Shown: positions 11,600 to 25,614 of the stretch, piece by piece | How the letters are laid out: each line of letters begins with the position of its first letter | Position numbering within the stretch: position 1 is the stretch's first letter | Assembly (NCBI GenBank): GCA_976226885.1 | Contig: OZ320318.1 | Coordinates: forward strand, 32,984,001-33,048,000 | Reading direction: 5' to 3' | DNA: 64,000 nt | Origin: Iphione sp. A-MEVVRFRX5 | Taxonomy: Eukaryota | Made by a program: the position numbers and the translations under genes | The notes under the pieces: generated by a model | Databases searched by the model: none | What the model was told of the DNA's origin: nothing | Seen by the model: the letters and a program-made list of their open reading frames with translations, nothing else

Positions 11600-12155
11600 A
11601 ATAATAATGTTTATAATAATAATGATAATAATATAATAATGAGGCTTAAATAATCTTAAATAATTTTCACCTCCTTGTAAGGCATCAGGCAGTATTCAAC
11701 ATGATTAAACATGCAAAACGTTAGATCCTCTCTGGGTGTAAAGAACCATTTAACAAAAGTCAGTGCATGACATTTAGGCAAACGTGTTTATGGATAAAGT
11801 TGAATGCCTATTTGTGACGGCATCAAGCTCCAACCAAATTTTTTAATCTGACAGGTTCAGTTCAGAAGGAAATACATGTACATACGACCACCTAAGGAAC
11901 CAGGCTTAGACAGTTGCTATTGGGGTTGGTCGCTTTTCTAAATGAAAAGGTAGTTGAGTATGTATTATGTATGTATATGCTGTATGCAGGGGGTCTTTCT
12001 CCCTCTCTCTCTATGATTTGAACATTTATTATCATAGGAAATAACAAGAAATATGAATAGCACCACACAGTTGATTAACAATTGCCAAGAAATATTGCAG
12101 ATATATAGTGCACATTAACACAATGAACATGGACATGTAAGTTTAGTTAAGGTTA

Positions 12156-12700
12156 TCACTTCCTGGAAAATAATGAATGAAGGGTTGTTTGGACAGTCTC
12201 CTTCTTGATTCTATTCTGGTTAAATTTGGCAATAGTGCCCATCAGAGAGTCCAAGGTAGGAGTGAATGCATTATTCTGAAGACAGAATGTCCTTATAGTT
12301 TCTAACATTTCATGCACTTGAACCTCTGTGAGGATTGTTTGAGGCTCCTCATCATCTTCCTCCTTGTTTTCTTCTGGTTCCTCCTCTTTCACCTTCACCT
12401 CTTCAAGCAGCTTGTCCTCCCAGTCACGGTCAAGGGATATTGAGAGGGGCAGGTAGACATCTCCTGGAACTCAGTGGTTGACATAGCAGGTCCAGGCAGT
12501 TTCAGGGCTCTGGGAGACCTCCAGATGAGTTCTTCCAGGGGTATGTCATCCTTGTCCTCATAGTTACTTGTAGCTTCATCAGTGGGTGCCTCAGACAGCT
12601 TGACACCTGATTTAATGAACCACACTGTCACAGTGGAGGTGGGGACAATCTTGACAGTCTCCTTGATCAAGGTGATTGATCTGTGGACATCAACACTCTT
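12156..12700 (-). pseudogene. pogo/Tigger-like transposase C-terminal relic
   Basis: Segments IKETVKIVPTSTVTVWFIKSG, EDDIPL-like KDDIPLEEL, an acidic tract and terminal QTTLHSLF resemble pogo/CENP-B family C-termini. Frameshifted. Confidence 0.5.
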
Positions 12701-12870
12701 GATGATAGATCTTGTGTCCTTCAGGTTGCACACCACCAGGTCAGGGTCAGTGAAGTAGTGAAGTCAAGTCGTGAATACTGTCCTATCACACGACCCTGTT
12801 GGCTCTGCTGGGAAACCTTTTTAGGTCCTTAGGTACTTACAACTAACTCAGGCTGGCAAAACACTAGTTA

Positions 12871-13211
12871 GGCCTAAAAGAAAATGTTCTGTATTTCCGG
12901 TAAAAAGCTGAAAATATATAGGGTCGGTAGGTCATTGGTATATATTTTTTATTTCTCTTTTTTTCAATGTGAAATTATACTCACATCAACAAATCAATCT
13001 GGTAATATATGTTCTAATGGTTATATCTTAATAAAATTGCATATAAGAAATGAAAGCAAATAGCATAAGGGACACAATGGTGTATCATATGGGTCTCTAA
13101 CCTTATTCATTCCTGAGATATTCATATAACAAGAATAAAATGAAATTTATATTGACACCAAAATTGGGGTCGGTTGTGTTACCAGAAACACTAATATTTT
13201 TTGTTTAGGCC
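12871..13211 (+). mobile_element. Zator-like MITE, family A
   Basis: GGCC...GGCC imperfect TIRs (GGCCTAAA-AAAA...GTnTTTCyGGTAA) with TTA on both sides. Homologous to 22638-22963 in inverted orientation. Confidence 0.75.
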
Positions 13212-14807
13212 TTATGTTGTCCACACTTCCTTCATGGTCTTGGCTCAAAATGTAATTTGCTCGTTTCTTTTAAACCATTTGATCATTCCCATAAAGCATT
13301 AGACAACACATATTAAGCATAGAAAAAAACTTACAAATATCACATGAGTAAACATTATAAAATTAATATAATGTACAGACACACAGATCATGATCCACAG
13401 GTCATTATGTATTGCGACTGCTTTACAGACATGTAGTCCACCCTGACCAGATTCTTGACCAACTCGCATGGAATGGATTGTAACCAATTGTGATCTAATT
13501 TAGGAACCATCCACCTGTAAGCAACCAACTAAAATTGTAATCCAATTTGTGCGTAAAACCTTTATTCTAAAGTGCATGATGTCGGCAAGGATCGATTAGG
13601 GAAGATATGTGATACATGTATTCATGATACTTTGGAGGTCACCTTTTTGTAATCATTAGTTCTTAATAACAACCCTCTATTCCATATTTTTGTTACAAAA
13701 CGTAGACATCATACTGGTCAATAAAACCAAAACACAAACATTGAATACAATTCACATTCCGATACTTTGAAGTGCCAAATGTGCCGATACCTATTGGTTT
13801 CCAGATGAAGTCATACCTCCTTTTATAGTTGACATTAATTTCTGAGGATTTTTTTTCCAAATAATGAACAATCTGCATTTAATTTCATCTTGAATTTATT
13901 AATTTAAAGTCGATTAAGCTACCTCCGTGTTGTGATGATAGCAAGTTACAATCATACTTCAATATTCGAAAAATATTTTATATTGTCTCACACATAATTG
14001 CACAATTGTCATTAAATACAATATCGTAATACATTTAACACATGATTGGTTGTTATTGCCACATTGTGTTTAGGACACTATTGTATTAAAGGGAAGGAAA
14101 CCTTGATTTAAATGATTTGTTCTATAATAAGAACACGTCAGAAAAAATCTTCTTTGGATAAATATTTTATAGGGTTAAGTGCGGACCTATTTGTGGCAGC
14201 GGTGGAAAGAATAGGATAAAAAGAAAGCCCAGTTGGTGTCTGGGTTGGTGCAGTTGGTGAGATCAATGGGTTGAATCAAGATGTTGTGATGAACATGTGT
14301 GCAATCACTGGATATTATGCTATCATACTTGAGATTTTGTTTGTTTTGCTGTTGTTCTCGATATGTGGAAGATAGGTGGTACAATAACTGATACCTGGCT
14401 CAGGATACCTAACTGGAAGGTCTCTCATGAATGGTGTACCAGCAGGTGACTTCCAGTAAAAGTGGAACACTGGTATAACTTGGCAAACGTAAGCAAGATG
14501 TAACAGAATGTTGGTTTGATGTTGTTTATTGTACAATAGGCACTAGGGAATAACTGTATAAAAGAGCACGGAACTAAAGAAGTTCTTTCAGCTTGATCCT
14601 AACACCTATGTAGACATCTTTCCTCTACTAGGGTTCATCAGTGATAGAAACATTCTACAGTGTGTTCTTGTTGATGAACAGATAGACCAAGTGGAAGGAG
14701 ATCTGGGTGGTCAGCATCACTGCAACGTTCGGGAAGGTACTGTTGCTCCAGTATTGTCTTCTCTGCAGTCTCCTGTTCTGTCACCGGCTTTACCAACCAC
14801 CAGGCTA

Positions 14808-15160
14808 GGCCAAAAAAAAGGTGTGTTTCTGGTAACCCACCCCTACCTAGTAAATCCTCACCCTACCTAAAACTTTTTTTGGCCCAAAAGAGTTTCCAAG
14901 GCTGAATTTCCTTAGATACATGTTTTCACGGCACATGTTTTTGGTAAATTCAATAGAAAAACAACCAGATCCATGGAAATTCAGCAAAAAACTACAAATT
15001 GGTCAACATTTTTCATATTATCTTTATTATTATTGAAAACCAGAGAACGAAAGTAGAAAGAAAATTTTAAAAAAAAGATACCCCCTCCCTACTAGGCTTT
15101 TGGGTAGCCGTTACCAGAAACACACCTATTTTTTTTTTCTTTGGGGGGGGGGGGGGGCCC
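14808..15160 (+). mobile_element. Zator-like MITE, family B
   Basis: TIR GGCC-(A/C run)-AGGTGTGTTTCTGGTAAC at both ends, flanks CTA/TTA. Body homologous to 36658 and 47241. Confidence 0.75.
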
Positions 15161-18100
15161 TTAGCCACTACATGCAAGGGGAACAGTGATGGGTTTAGTC
15201 CTGAAGAAACACATTTGGTCGGAACCAACCTCCACAAGTTCTTCAGATAAGGAAGGTGAAGTTCACAAGAGATCATGTAGCAGTCTGATTAAGGTTTGAT
15301 TAAAGCAACCAATATGGTGGCTCAGCCGACTGCAAAGGCTGGCACCGACAGTTCAAGTTTTTGTTTGGAGATTTGTGTTGGAAGAGACGGCTACATAAGA
15401 AAAGGCTTCAAGCAATACTTGACTGCTTCATTAAAGGATGAGACGAGAGGAACACCATACAGGAACTGTTCTCTTTAAAGAGAAGCAAGGACCATTGTTT
15501 TGGCACTACAGAAAATTACTAGAGACCATATGCAGACTAACACGAACAGCTTACTCTAAGTTTGAAATATGGACGGGAGAAGATGTCTACGTGACCTCAT
15601 CCCAGAAAGGGCTTAAGGAAGAATTGCAGCTGTTTTGCTTTCCAGCAGATATATTCGGTGAAAAAAATACAGATTTACTCAAAAAATTGCAATGCTACTG
15701 CAAACAAAAATTTATGTATGGTTAGCCAGCATGACAGGAGAAGTCATGGCGATGGCTGGCGAAGGTGTGTTGGAACTACAACCGTACAAAAAGACCTATT
15801 CAATTCCTGTAGTTTTTGCACCCGTCCTAAAAGCCGAACGTCCAAATCAAAGGAACACAGAGTTTGTTTATTGGAGCAGAGTACGGAATGGAGATATGTA
15901 CACGTGGAGGTTGAGGCATAATGGACAGTGAGTGAGCACACAAAGAGAAGGTAGTCTCTCTAGGAGCACCCAAAGGGCATATGGCCGATCGGATTGTGAA
16001 AAACCGCCACATGCATATAGGCCAGATGTCCAAATATGGATGTAAACAAAGACCCTTCGTTCCCCGTCTCTCTCTCTGGTTCAGAAGGTGAGACACGTAA
16101 GGGCCCATCCTTTATATCTTCAAGGAACTACCGGTACAGACACGCAGACAAGCAACAAGTTTAGACCTGTAGAGCTGGGCATAGAAAATACTGACGGCAT
16201 GGTCTCTTCAGAGGGTGGGGCACGTCCCACCTATTTACTACCACTCCACAGACTTTGCAATTGCCATCCCCCGGCTTACAAAGTTCAGACCTATCATTTA
16301 AGTAGAACCACGCCATCATCCTCTACATCCAGATGGGATGGTAGAAGTATACGTGTTATCAGGTCGCCTCTATTTTACTACTTTTAAGAGTTGCGATTCC
16401 ACACATCAGTCTGTCAGGCACGTCTTCTGACCTGGCATCCTATTTCCAAGGCCCTTGACCTCCACCTGCGATAGGCGTGCATGCATAGAGCAAGGGCCAA
16501 TTTCTGTTTCCAGCGCCTACCTGGCGCCATTTGATGTATCCCGAAGGCCTCCACTCTCACCTCAGGCCACACTTGCCGATCTCTAACCCCGTGGCGCTGG
16601 CCAACCTCACACGTCTGTAAAGTTGTTTAGGCAACAGGCTTTGCTAGCGCCTATACAGCATATGTCCACCTACAAACCCGTCCTAACAGGAAATCGCTCC
16701 TGCTCTCTGTGGTTGTATATATCGATATTTCCTCACCTTTCTCGCCATGACTGGTGGGACCTACGTATCATAGAGACGGGAAAAAGTCTGAAAACTGTGC
16801 AAAGCTCAGATCTATGTGTTATAGGATAACAGAAGAGAATTTCATTTAATCCATGCTGTCGCTTCTAAAGAATAGTTGATTGTGGAAAATAATACTCTAC
16901 CATCCCAGATAATTTGAAATAAATGGTATGATACCAAAAAAATGTCCAATGACAGAATAGACTAGTGATGCTTTGATGAGATGTGTGGTAAGTGTTGGGT
17001 GGAAACGGAAGTTAATTATACAATAATACCCAATTATCAAACTTAATTTCTATTAATAGGACACGTACCTAATTATGTCCAAGTCGCACTCTGCATTTTT
17101 AATTTGGATATCACTATGTGTGCGTTGGGGTACATTGTGCTTTTAGGTGCATTTTTAATGAGCGTGTCGATTCCAATGGCAGGTGTCTCCTATGTGTGTG
17201 TATCTATGCAAATTTTTTGTCTGCTGTGCATTATTATATGTTGCTTGATAATTTAACACACATGGACTCCAATGCACCAGTAGGGTAAAGGATATATCCT
17301 TTGTGTCAAGTGAAAATAAGTAAGATTATGCACATTTAAGCACATTACCCAATCAAATCCACACATTTATACATATTTACACACAAATTCATCCCTTTTT
17401 ATCATTTTTCTTGTGATTTTCAGAATGTTTTTGCAGCTTGTAGCATCAAATTGGTCTTTTTCATTATTTTTCTCCTGATGTTTGCCTGTATTAATTCATG
17501 GCTTTTAACACCAAATTCATCGTATTTCATCATTTTCCTGCAGCTCTCACACAGCTCTCATGGAAGACCAAAAGACACCCCTCTGTGTGAGGTTGTGTGA
17601 GGCTGCATGAAAACAAAAATGCATACTAACACCAATGGAGTCATATTGTAGGCCAAAGGACACTGGTAAAGGCGAGTAGAGAAACCGTAAGCCTGTCTTT
17701 ATGTCATGACACATTGTAACAACAATCAGCGTAATGTTGTATGTTACTTATACACAATCAATGTATAACCTGTGTTCGAATACATCGTGGACGGAGAGCG
17801 TATTCTAGCGTTAAGTAATTTCATTAATCATGAGGTTCCCTAGGCACTGCCAGAAAGGTTGGAGCTTCCCGAGCGAGATGCGTGCTTTAGCGCCATCTTA
17901 GTTTCGATTGCATATAAAGTATCCATGACATTTTTTTCAACCTTCTTGACAACGTTACACTGCATTTGTCATAATTACCTGAAGTATAAGGAGTATTTTC
18001 GAAAAAGAGAACGGGACGGTCAGGTACTTTATGTAACTGTTCGTTTATAAAAAAAAAAGAACCGCCATTTACTTCAACCCTTATGATACGCCATGTACTG

Positions 18101-19171
18101 CATGTATGAAAATATGAAACTTGCCTTATTTTGTATTTATACTCTGTTTTCGTGCACAGATAAACAAGGGAAGCAATCATGCCATGACACTCCCAGTTAA
18201 TTTATGTTGGGGATGACCTTTCCTACAGGCAGTCTGTACAACTGGTGCGTGTCTGGTTTCCATCCCATCTCCTTTTCTTGTTCAGAAAAGCCAGTCTGAC
18301 ACGGTTCCCAAGGGAACAGCCACGGCCAGACCTTATTCACTGCATTGATTTGGATTTCAGTAACTGTAAGAACGGAAAATGGCAGCTCTTTTCACAGTCA
18401 ACAAGAGCCTTGGTCTCTGTGCTGCGGATCTCCTTCGACAACTATCCGACACTGTGTAGTAAAGGGTTCAACTTGGGCCAGATCTGCTCTGGCATTCTAA
18501 AGGGGTTCTTCATACCAGTTCCGATATCTTACGTTACCGATGAGAATTTTTGTCACCAAGTATCCATTTGAAATGGGACCGTCCAGCATGTCGAGCATCT
18601 ATATAGTATGTACGGTCAGACCTCACTACGTATACTGGAATTTATTAAGAGGAAGCACATCTGACAACCTCTACACTAGAAAACCAACTAAGACGCTATT
18701 TCAGAAATCTCTCTGTAACCAAGGTATCATCGCACGGAATAGGATTAAACACACACTAAAAGGGAAACAGTCAATGGCTGAGTTTAAGAAACTGCTTGCC
18801 TCGCAAAGGGATGTAACAGCTGTGCTAGTTTCTCGCATGTGACTGGTAAATGTGACGTTCCCGTCTCACCTCCCCTGTTGAGGGAGGTCTTTTGGGGAAT
18901 TATTTTTCTTAGGAGGATGTCACTTTCCTCAGCGATCGATTGGGCGGGCAATGTGGAATAAAGCACCTTCTACCTCAGGGTTTTCTTCTCGAATCCTGCT
19001 TCTTCGTTCTTCAGCAGTCCAGGGCGGTGTCCATTCCTGTATCTTTTGGTCTTGAATCTGATGCTTTCTTTCTTCCAGCAATAATTAATAAAGTTTTGTG
19101 TGGATACACCTGTCCCGTGTTGTTCGATCTTATTTCTGTAGAGGCTTATGATCGTCACCCTCACAGGGTAA

Positions 19172-19720
19172 TGTAGGAGACGGAACAGGAAAACGAGGAT
19201 CCCGAGTGTAGGTTTTATCGTGCTTTATTCCAAGTACATCAATGGGATGATACTCTTATTTCCCCTCTGACAATAAAGCTAAGATGGCAGACGCGTGGCA
19301 GTAGGAGCTTATATTAAGGTGGGGGGGGTCAGGACTTACGAGGCAGACCAGAGCCTTGTGGAGTCGAGTCCTAAGTAGGAGAGTTGAAGTCCTTCTTCGT
19401 CAGGAGTTCTTTCGACTAGGCAGCAGTCAGCGGCAGGCCGGAGGATAGGTGATTGCTCCAGCAGGGCTCTGGCCTGATCTCGGCCACTCGAAAGGTGTTT
19501 TAAGCCTCTGGGTTTCAGCCTCTCTCTTCTTCCTACCTGTCTGACTCTGTATCTCTATTCCTATATCTCTTGGGAGGATGTGCAGGCTCCTTATATACGT
19601 CCCTAGTTTTGGACCCTCCCTTCCTATTGGCTGAAAAGGGGCTATTCCGATTGGACAGTTGGGAGAGAGAGCTGCTCTGATTGGCTCACATAAGTAAGTG
19701 TCCCATGATGAAATCCTAAA
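19172..19720 (-). mobile_element. LTR-like segment (probable solo or 3' LTR)
   Basis: On the minus strand: three CCAAT boxes (19680, 19650, 19626), TATATAA (19591-19597), AATAAA (19224-19229) and a terminal ...TCTCCTACA at 19172. The 5' boundary and TSD are unresolved. Confidence 0.45.
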
Positions 19721-19879
19721 GATCAAAGGGATTCCAGGTGAAAATAAATGAGGGCCCTAGGAACTGCACAATCTACTGACAAAGACTGATGAAGATCATA
19801 AACGTCAGTTTAAGCTAAAAGTACACCAGAACTCTCATAAAGTGTGTACTCAGGGCCATAACGCCTGTCAGCTGCTAGG

Positions 19880-20310
19880 AAAGATAATTGGATGGGTGAT
19901 GAGGTAGAATTCCAGGTTCTTTGAAAAGGCCAACATCTGGGTCTAGCTCATCCAAGGGAGGAATTCAGACCGGAGTCACAAAGACAGGAATTTAGCTGAA
20001 TATGCTGGACATCCAGAAGTGGGGCCATAAAGAGAGAGAAAACATCCTTCACCTGTCGGATCCCTATCAGGTTGAGTTATTATGAGGTAGAAGTCTCTTT
20101 TGATCTGGTAGCAACCTTGTATTGGTTGGGAAAGAGAGGGATTACTCATACCTGTTTAGATTGCTTCAAGTTGCATCACAAAATGTTGTTAATTTGCTGA
20201 CTGTCGTTTTGAAGAGAATGTTGGTGTTTCCGGAATGGGAAAGGGTGGGATGGGTATACACTAAGTGCCAAGTCGGCACGGAAGGCTTAGGTAAGACAAA
20301 ATTCGCCTTT
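19880..20310 (-). pseudogene. Degraded DIRS1-type tyrosine recombinase fragment
   Basis: Hand translation across frameshifts gives PKPSVPTWHLV, IPPLDELDPD and KNLEFYL. These resemble the DIRS1 YR segments PxVPxWDL, IPxL..DPD and RALxFYL. Confidence 0.4.
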
Positions 20311-22637
20311 CTATGATGGTGTTGATTTTTGAGGGAGTCGTTGATCTAACATAAATTACACAGCTCAGGAAGATGTAAACATGATCTCATCTTTGAACGG
20401 CTTTGATTTACAAGTGGCTTAGTTGTAAGACTGTTATGAGGCTAATCAAGAACAGAGCATTATTGTGATGAACTGTTATAAAGCTTTTCAACTGTGATAA
20501 ACATGCTCTGCTAGCAGGTATAACATACAAATGATATAAACTTAATCGACTACTAGGTGCTTAAACTTATCATCTGTATATTACACGAGTATAAAGTACC
20601 TCATCATTTCTGTATTCTACTGTCATCACCGTATTTACCATTCACAAAACTACTCAACAGCTTTTCACTTTCACATAGACTTAAGTAATGCTGTTCACGG
20701 GGAGATCTCGATGTATCTGCTTGACACTTACTATGAGATGTGGATAAACCTCTTTTCGATTCAATTCAATCCCGAAAAATGTAAAATAAAAAACTACTGA
20801 GAATGCGCCGAAGTTCCCAGCACTTAAAGTAGAGAGGTTTGACTGTGAATTTGAATGAATTGTAGATGTCCCTATTCTACTGAAACAGGAAGTCTGTCTC
20901 AGGCTTTGACAGAGACAGAGAGAGAGAAATACAGATAACAGATAGAGGCGGGGCCTTCCTTGTTGGCCGAGAGAGACAGAAAGCTGCACAGTAGGAAGAG
21001 ACAGGGAACAGACAGAAAATGTAAAGTTTTGGTTTTGTTTTCCTTAAGTATTAACATTAGATATTGCCGGTCTGTAAAAGGGACCCAGACGGAGACAGTG
21101 ATTCTTGAAATTGGCTACTCCTGAAAAAGGCTAATGGATTCAATGGTGCAAAAAGAGAGAAAAAGGCACTGAAAGTCAATAAATTATAGAAAATATTTGT
21201 AGATAACAAGAAGACGTGAAAAGAAAAAGAGGTAGAGGAATGACCGAAAATATCTGAGAGGGGCCAAATGGCAGCATGGTGTGAACTGACTACTTGCCAT
21301 CAAATGGCACAAAGTAATAAAATGGTCCAAAATAATTTATGAAAACGGGAGGAGGGAGACAGACCGAAAATGGCTAAACCGCAGTAATTGACTTAAACAT
21401 AACAACCATGGTCACAAAATAAATACATACTCACAAACCTTGGAGAAGACAGCAACACCCTTCGTGTCATTTTACTCCATAACTTGAGAAACTTTCATGT
21501 ATAAAGGCTAAAAGACACGTGTAATAATGCTAACCCATGTGCTTTGTTGACTTCTAATTGTAGTAACTATCATCCTATAAAGCAAATTATGTGGATAGAA
21601 GTACTTCAGATTTTTTAGACTTTCTGTTGGCGGGCATAGATCTAAACGGAATTCCTCTGTCGAACTATGCAGCGAAGAGCTCACATTAAGGGGCTTTGTC
21701 ATGTCAGCAGGTTATTTGGATGTGGGGAAACCGACTTCAGCATAATCTATTAAGTTGTATACATGTATGCGGTTGGTATAAGTCCACATGCCGATCTGTG
21801 CAGACCACTGAAGTATATGGTCGATCCTGATTTGTATGTAGATCCATACCTATCCCGTGTGCATGGACATACCCCCTTACAGTATCCACTTTAGGTTCAT
21901 ATCGGCACATTCTAACTAGATAACCCAATGTGAATGCACAGACGGATGAGATATAGGGAAAGGAGAGGGGAAGTCGGAGTTAGGCCTAATTTACCTGTGT
22001 AGCCTGTATAGCCATAGAGCTCTGTGAACTGTCTTGCCATGTCGCCATGTTCATGTGTATCTGTGTAGCTTGTTCATCATGTCACACCTCAGTACATAGC
22101 AATAGTTCCAATTCAGAACATGCATACATGCAGCATGGATCATGGCAGAATGGGATGTTCCATTGCCATGCTAGGGGGCTACGAAAACCGAGAATATGCC
22201 ATCAAGTCATGAGGAATTTTTAATGTAAACACAATGAGGGGTACAGAGATCTACTGCCAAGGCAAAACGCATAGAGAAGGGAACAGAGAGAGGGGAGACA
22301 GAGAATCGGCCAATCAAGCAGATAAGCAGCGAAACCTGCGGACTTTTTATTTATCCAAAGGACTTCTCCTCGAAGCCTCTTATCAGAGTAGTGGTATATG
22401 TCTCCATAACTGAGCCCACTACATCCAAATGTCAAGCGATGCCCTTATCAGAATATTACCTGGGGAACCGGTTTTGCCCACCAACTACCGGTCAGTATGA
22501 TCCTCCTGGATGGAGCCGCAAAAGACCAATCAAGTAGATTGCGTTTAGAAATGGATAAACCAGAGCAGTTTTCCCCTATGCTATGCAGTATATAGATATA
22601 ACATTTTAACTCGTGTTGTGCACAATGATTATCGTTT

Positions 22638-22963
22638 GGTCTAAACTAAAAATATATGTGTTTCCGGTAACCCGACCGATCCTATATTAGACTGTATTGT
22701 AATGTTTTTTTTCTTGTTTTTTAATAATGTTGGGATGAATAATAATAGAGACATGTTCTATACACCAAATTGTTCCTTACATAACTGGCTTTCATTTGGC
22801 ATACGTTTTATTAAGATCTATCCAGGATAAGTAACATTACCATACATATTTGTTGATTTCAGCATCCTTTTACATTAAAAAAAAGAATAGAAAAAAATGT
22901 GACCTTCCAACCAACCCTGTATTTTTCAGCTTGCTACTGCTAACACAGAACTTTTTTTAGGCC
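22638..22963 (-). mobile_element. Zator-like MITE, family A (second copy)
   Basis: The reverse complement aligns by eye with 12871-13211 over its whole length. Ends GGTC...GGCC|TTA. Confidence 0.75.
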
Positions 22964-23696
22964 TTATCATTTGTCTGAGCTTTATACATGTCGATAGAAA
23001 TGTCGTAATGTTTTCTACTTGGAAATGACGCTATGAACTTGAAACCAAGTACGGGTGTATACATATATATGTGTTTTTTAATTGAAGTTTTTTTTAGTGT
23101 TTTGGACCACATTTGATGAGTTCGCCACGTGATTTTGTTTAAATTTCTAATACTTAAGCAGTAACACTGCATATATGTGTTTGGATATAGTGAAGTGAAG
23201 TGTCAGATAGCAAAGTATATTTCCTTTGAAATGTAAGGTTCATATTAAAACTGTAAGTTCATATATGAAAGTAATTTCATCTCAGCTGTTGTTTTGACAA
23301 AATGAATCGTGTGATCTTATTATTATACAGATCTGTATACAAAGCATTCCATTCTTGAACATATATTTTAATAAACTGCCACTACCTGAGCATAGTTTTC
23401 ATATTGCCCTTAACCTAAATTGTAGACGGACAATTGTCTAATTGCTTACACCAGGTTATTGATACAATTATTCATCATCACACATATACCTTGTCATCGG
23501 CACTACAATGTTCATATTATTGAGCAATTAGAGAAAAAAGAGAGATAACAAGTTTATGTGCGAGACAGATGTGCTAGGTAAATGAGGTGTTATTAACGAC
23601 CAAAAGCAAATTTTGCAGCAGTCGATACGGCTACCATCACCTATCCTATAAAGTGACATGTTATTGTGTATGTTGCAAGTCACAAAAGATCTAGCA

Positions 23697-25180
23697 ATAT
23701 ATATATATATATGTCTATTAATACACAAAAAGCAAGGTGAGTTGGGGATTAAGAGAAGCCTTTAATACACAATATCATAACAATACAAACGAAAAAATTC
23801 AAGTGATTGTGTCGTTATGGAAGACTGTGATCTTAGACTCATAACATGGTGCTTGGTAACATAAATAACAATGGTGCTATTATGACATATATCTGGTATG
23901 ATGAATTATATATATATATATGTCTATTAATACAAAGCAAGCAAGGTGGGTTTTGGATTAAGAGAAGTCTAAGCCCAATCAAAGAGAAGGAAAGAGCCTC
24001 CTCACAAGCTTGAAGTTTATCAAAATCAAAGTCAATGTAATTAATTAAAGAGATATCCACGCCACACATAGACAGGAATGTGCTCCCACTCATTTTTAGT
24101 GAATGGGAGAAAATCCTTACACAGATACCGATGTTACTACAAATCGACTTCAACCTTATACTCCAATTGAAAACATTTCGTTTTCCTATAAAAACAAAAA
24201 AGCTGACTGATTTATACCCCAACAATGTTTGGATCTCTAAATCCTCAGCCAAGTGGATGCCCTCAAAAATAAGATTGTTGGAAAAGGACAAAGTTATGGA
24301 CATAGTACTGTCCCTGCTCAGGACGGTCTTACCCCTGCTTATGTCACCCCACCCCCCAAAGAATACTCCTCCCAGAAGGCATGAAAATCCCAATACGTAT
24401 GCCAACCAACACATCATCTTATAAGACGTCAGCTATCAAATGAACCTTGGAACTGAGATATTCTACTCTGAAGTGAATGTTATGTAACACAGAACAAAAC
24501 GATTTCCCTAAGCCAACGCATACATTTGTTCTGAGTTTTACCGGTCTGCAGCAACACTACAGCTGTATTATCTACTTTAATCAGCACCATCTTATCACTC
24601 AAAACTTGTCCCCACCTCTTCAGGGCCAGGAACACTGCCCATTACTCAAAAACCTTGATGTGCTCGTTGTAATCATCAATACTCGACATTCAAATCCTCA
24701 ATTCTTCTCCAACTACCACAAAACCAATCATCTCCGAGCCAACCCCCAAAACCATCCAAAGAGGAGTCTGTTGCGATAACTGCGTCAATACACCTGGTCT
24801 TGATAATTCTTTTTCTACTATTGAAAATATCAATGAAACTCAAACAACCATTTAGGTTGTCTCTAGCTTCGACACTCAGGTTAATCCCTTTCCTAACAGA
24901 TTTGCCCTCCTTGATTAAGTCACATAAACTCCTTGTGTAGGTACATCTACCCTTGACCACGGTGGAACCATGGGGAAGGGATCCTGTCAATTTCTCAACC
25001 TTTCTCCTCGTCAAAACATCTGTTTCTAGCATATTCAGAATTTTTTCCTTGACTTCTTCAACCTTCCCTTCTGGCAATAACAATTGCATGTTGACTGAAT
25101 CGATGACAATTCCAATGAATTTACAATACTGGGTTGGAGCAGAAGACTTCTCAACAGATATCTCAAACCTAAGCTGGACT
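23697..25180 (-). mobile_element. 3' part of degraded Ngaro-type element 2 (RT thumb/RNase H, YR remnant, B1-A2-B2)
   Basis: ORF 24676-25209 aligns with ORF2 of element 1 (FEISVEK, KFIGIVID, TDSSLDGFGGWL). YR remnant SHSLKMSGSTFLSMCGVDISLI. B repeats at about 23907-23969 and 23698-23760 flank an A repeat at about 23765-23906. Confidence 0.85.
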
Positions 25181-25455
25181 ATCCCAGTAAACATGCCTGT
25201 ATTGGCCAAATATCAATTTTGTACAGTTAGTTACTGGCAGTAATGGCAAATAAAAGTCATTACCCAGCCTGTATTGGTCCAATACCAATTTTGTACAGTT
25301 AGGTACTGGTTGTAATGGCAGAATAAACCATTACCCAGCCAATAGTAACCAATACCTTGTGTGTTTTGTATGATCTAAATGATGTACTGGCCCAGTATTG
25401 GCCCGGTATTGGCCTGGTATTGGCATTATTTTCCAGTAGTATGCCTGCCACCTAG
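25181..25455. repeat. Insertion with two ~72-bp tandem units and GGTATTGGC repeats, truncating the RT of element 2
   Basis: Units start at 25195 and 25267 (GCCTGTATTGG...ATTACCCAGCC). RT homology stops at 25180. Confidence 0.6.
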
Positions 25456-25614
25456 GGGTAAAAATTAAAAAATCAAAAATCAACAGTCAAAAACAGATAG
25501 ATGCAGCACAGAAGACAATAGAATTGGCATTTTACAGGTAAATATAGTTTTCTTTCTCAACTATGCATGCCTGATGGTTCTCCTACCTTCATCTAACATA
25601 TACTGTATCAGATA

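Noticed and set aside
14187-14760. Possible piggyBac-like relic (YWSNSTFPNVAVM...)
   Set aside because: The resemblance is weak, there are many stops, and no catalytic motif or TIR was recovered.
18200-19170. Possible retroelement coding relic
   Set aside because: Translations in all frames gave no assignable motif.
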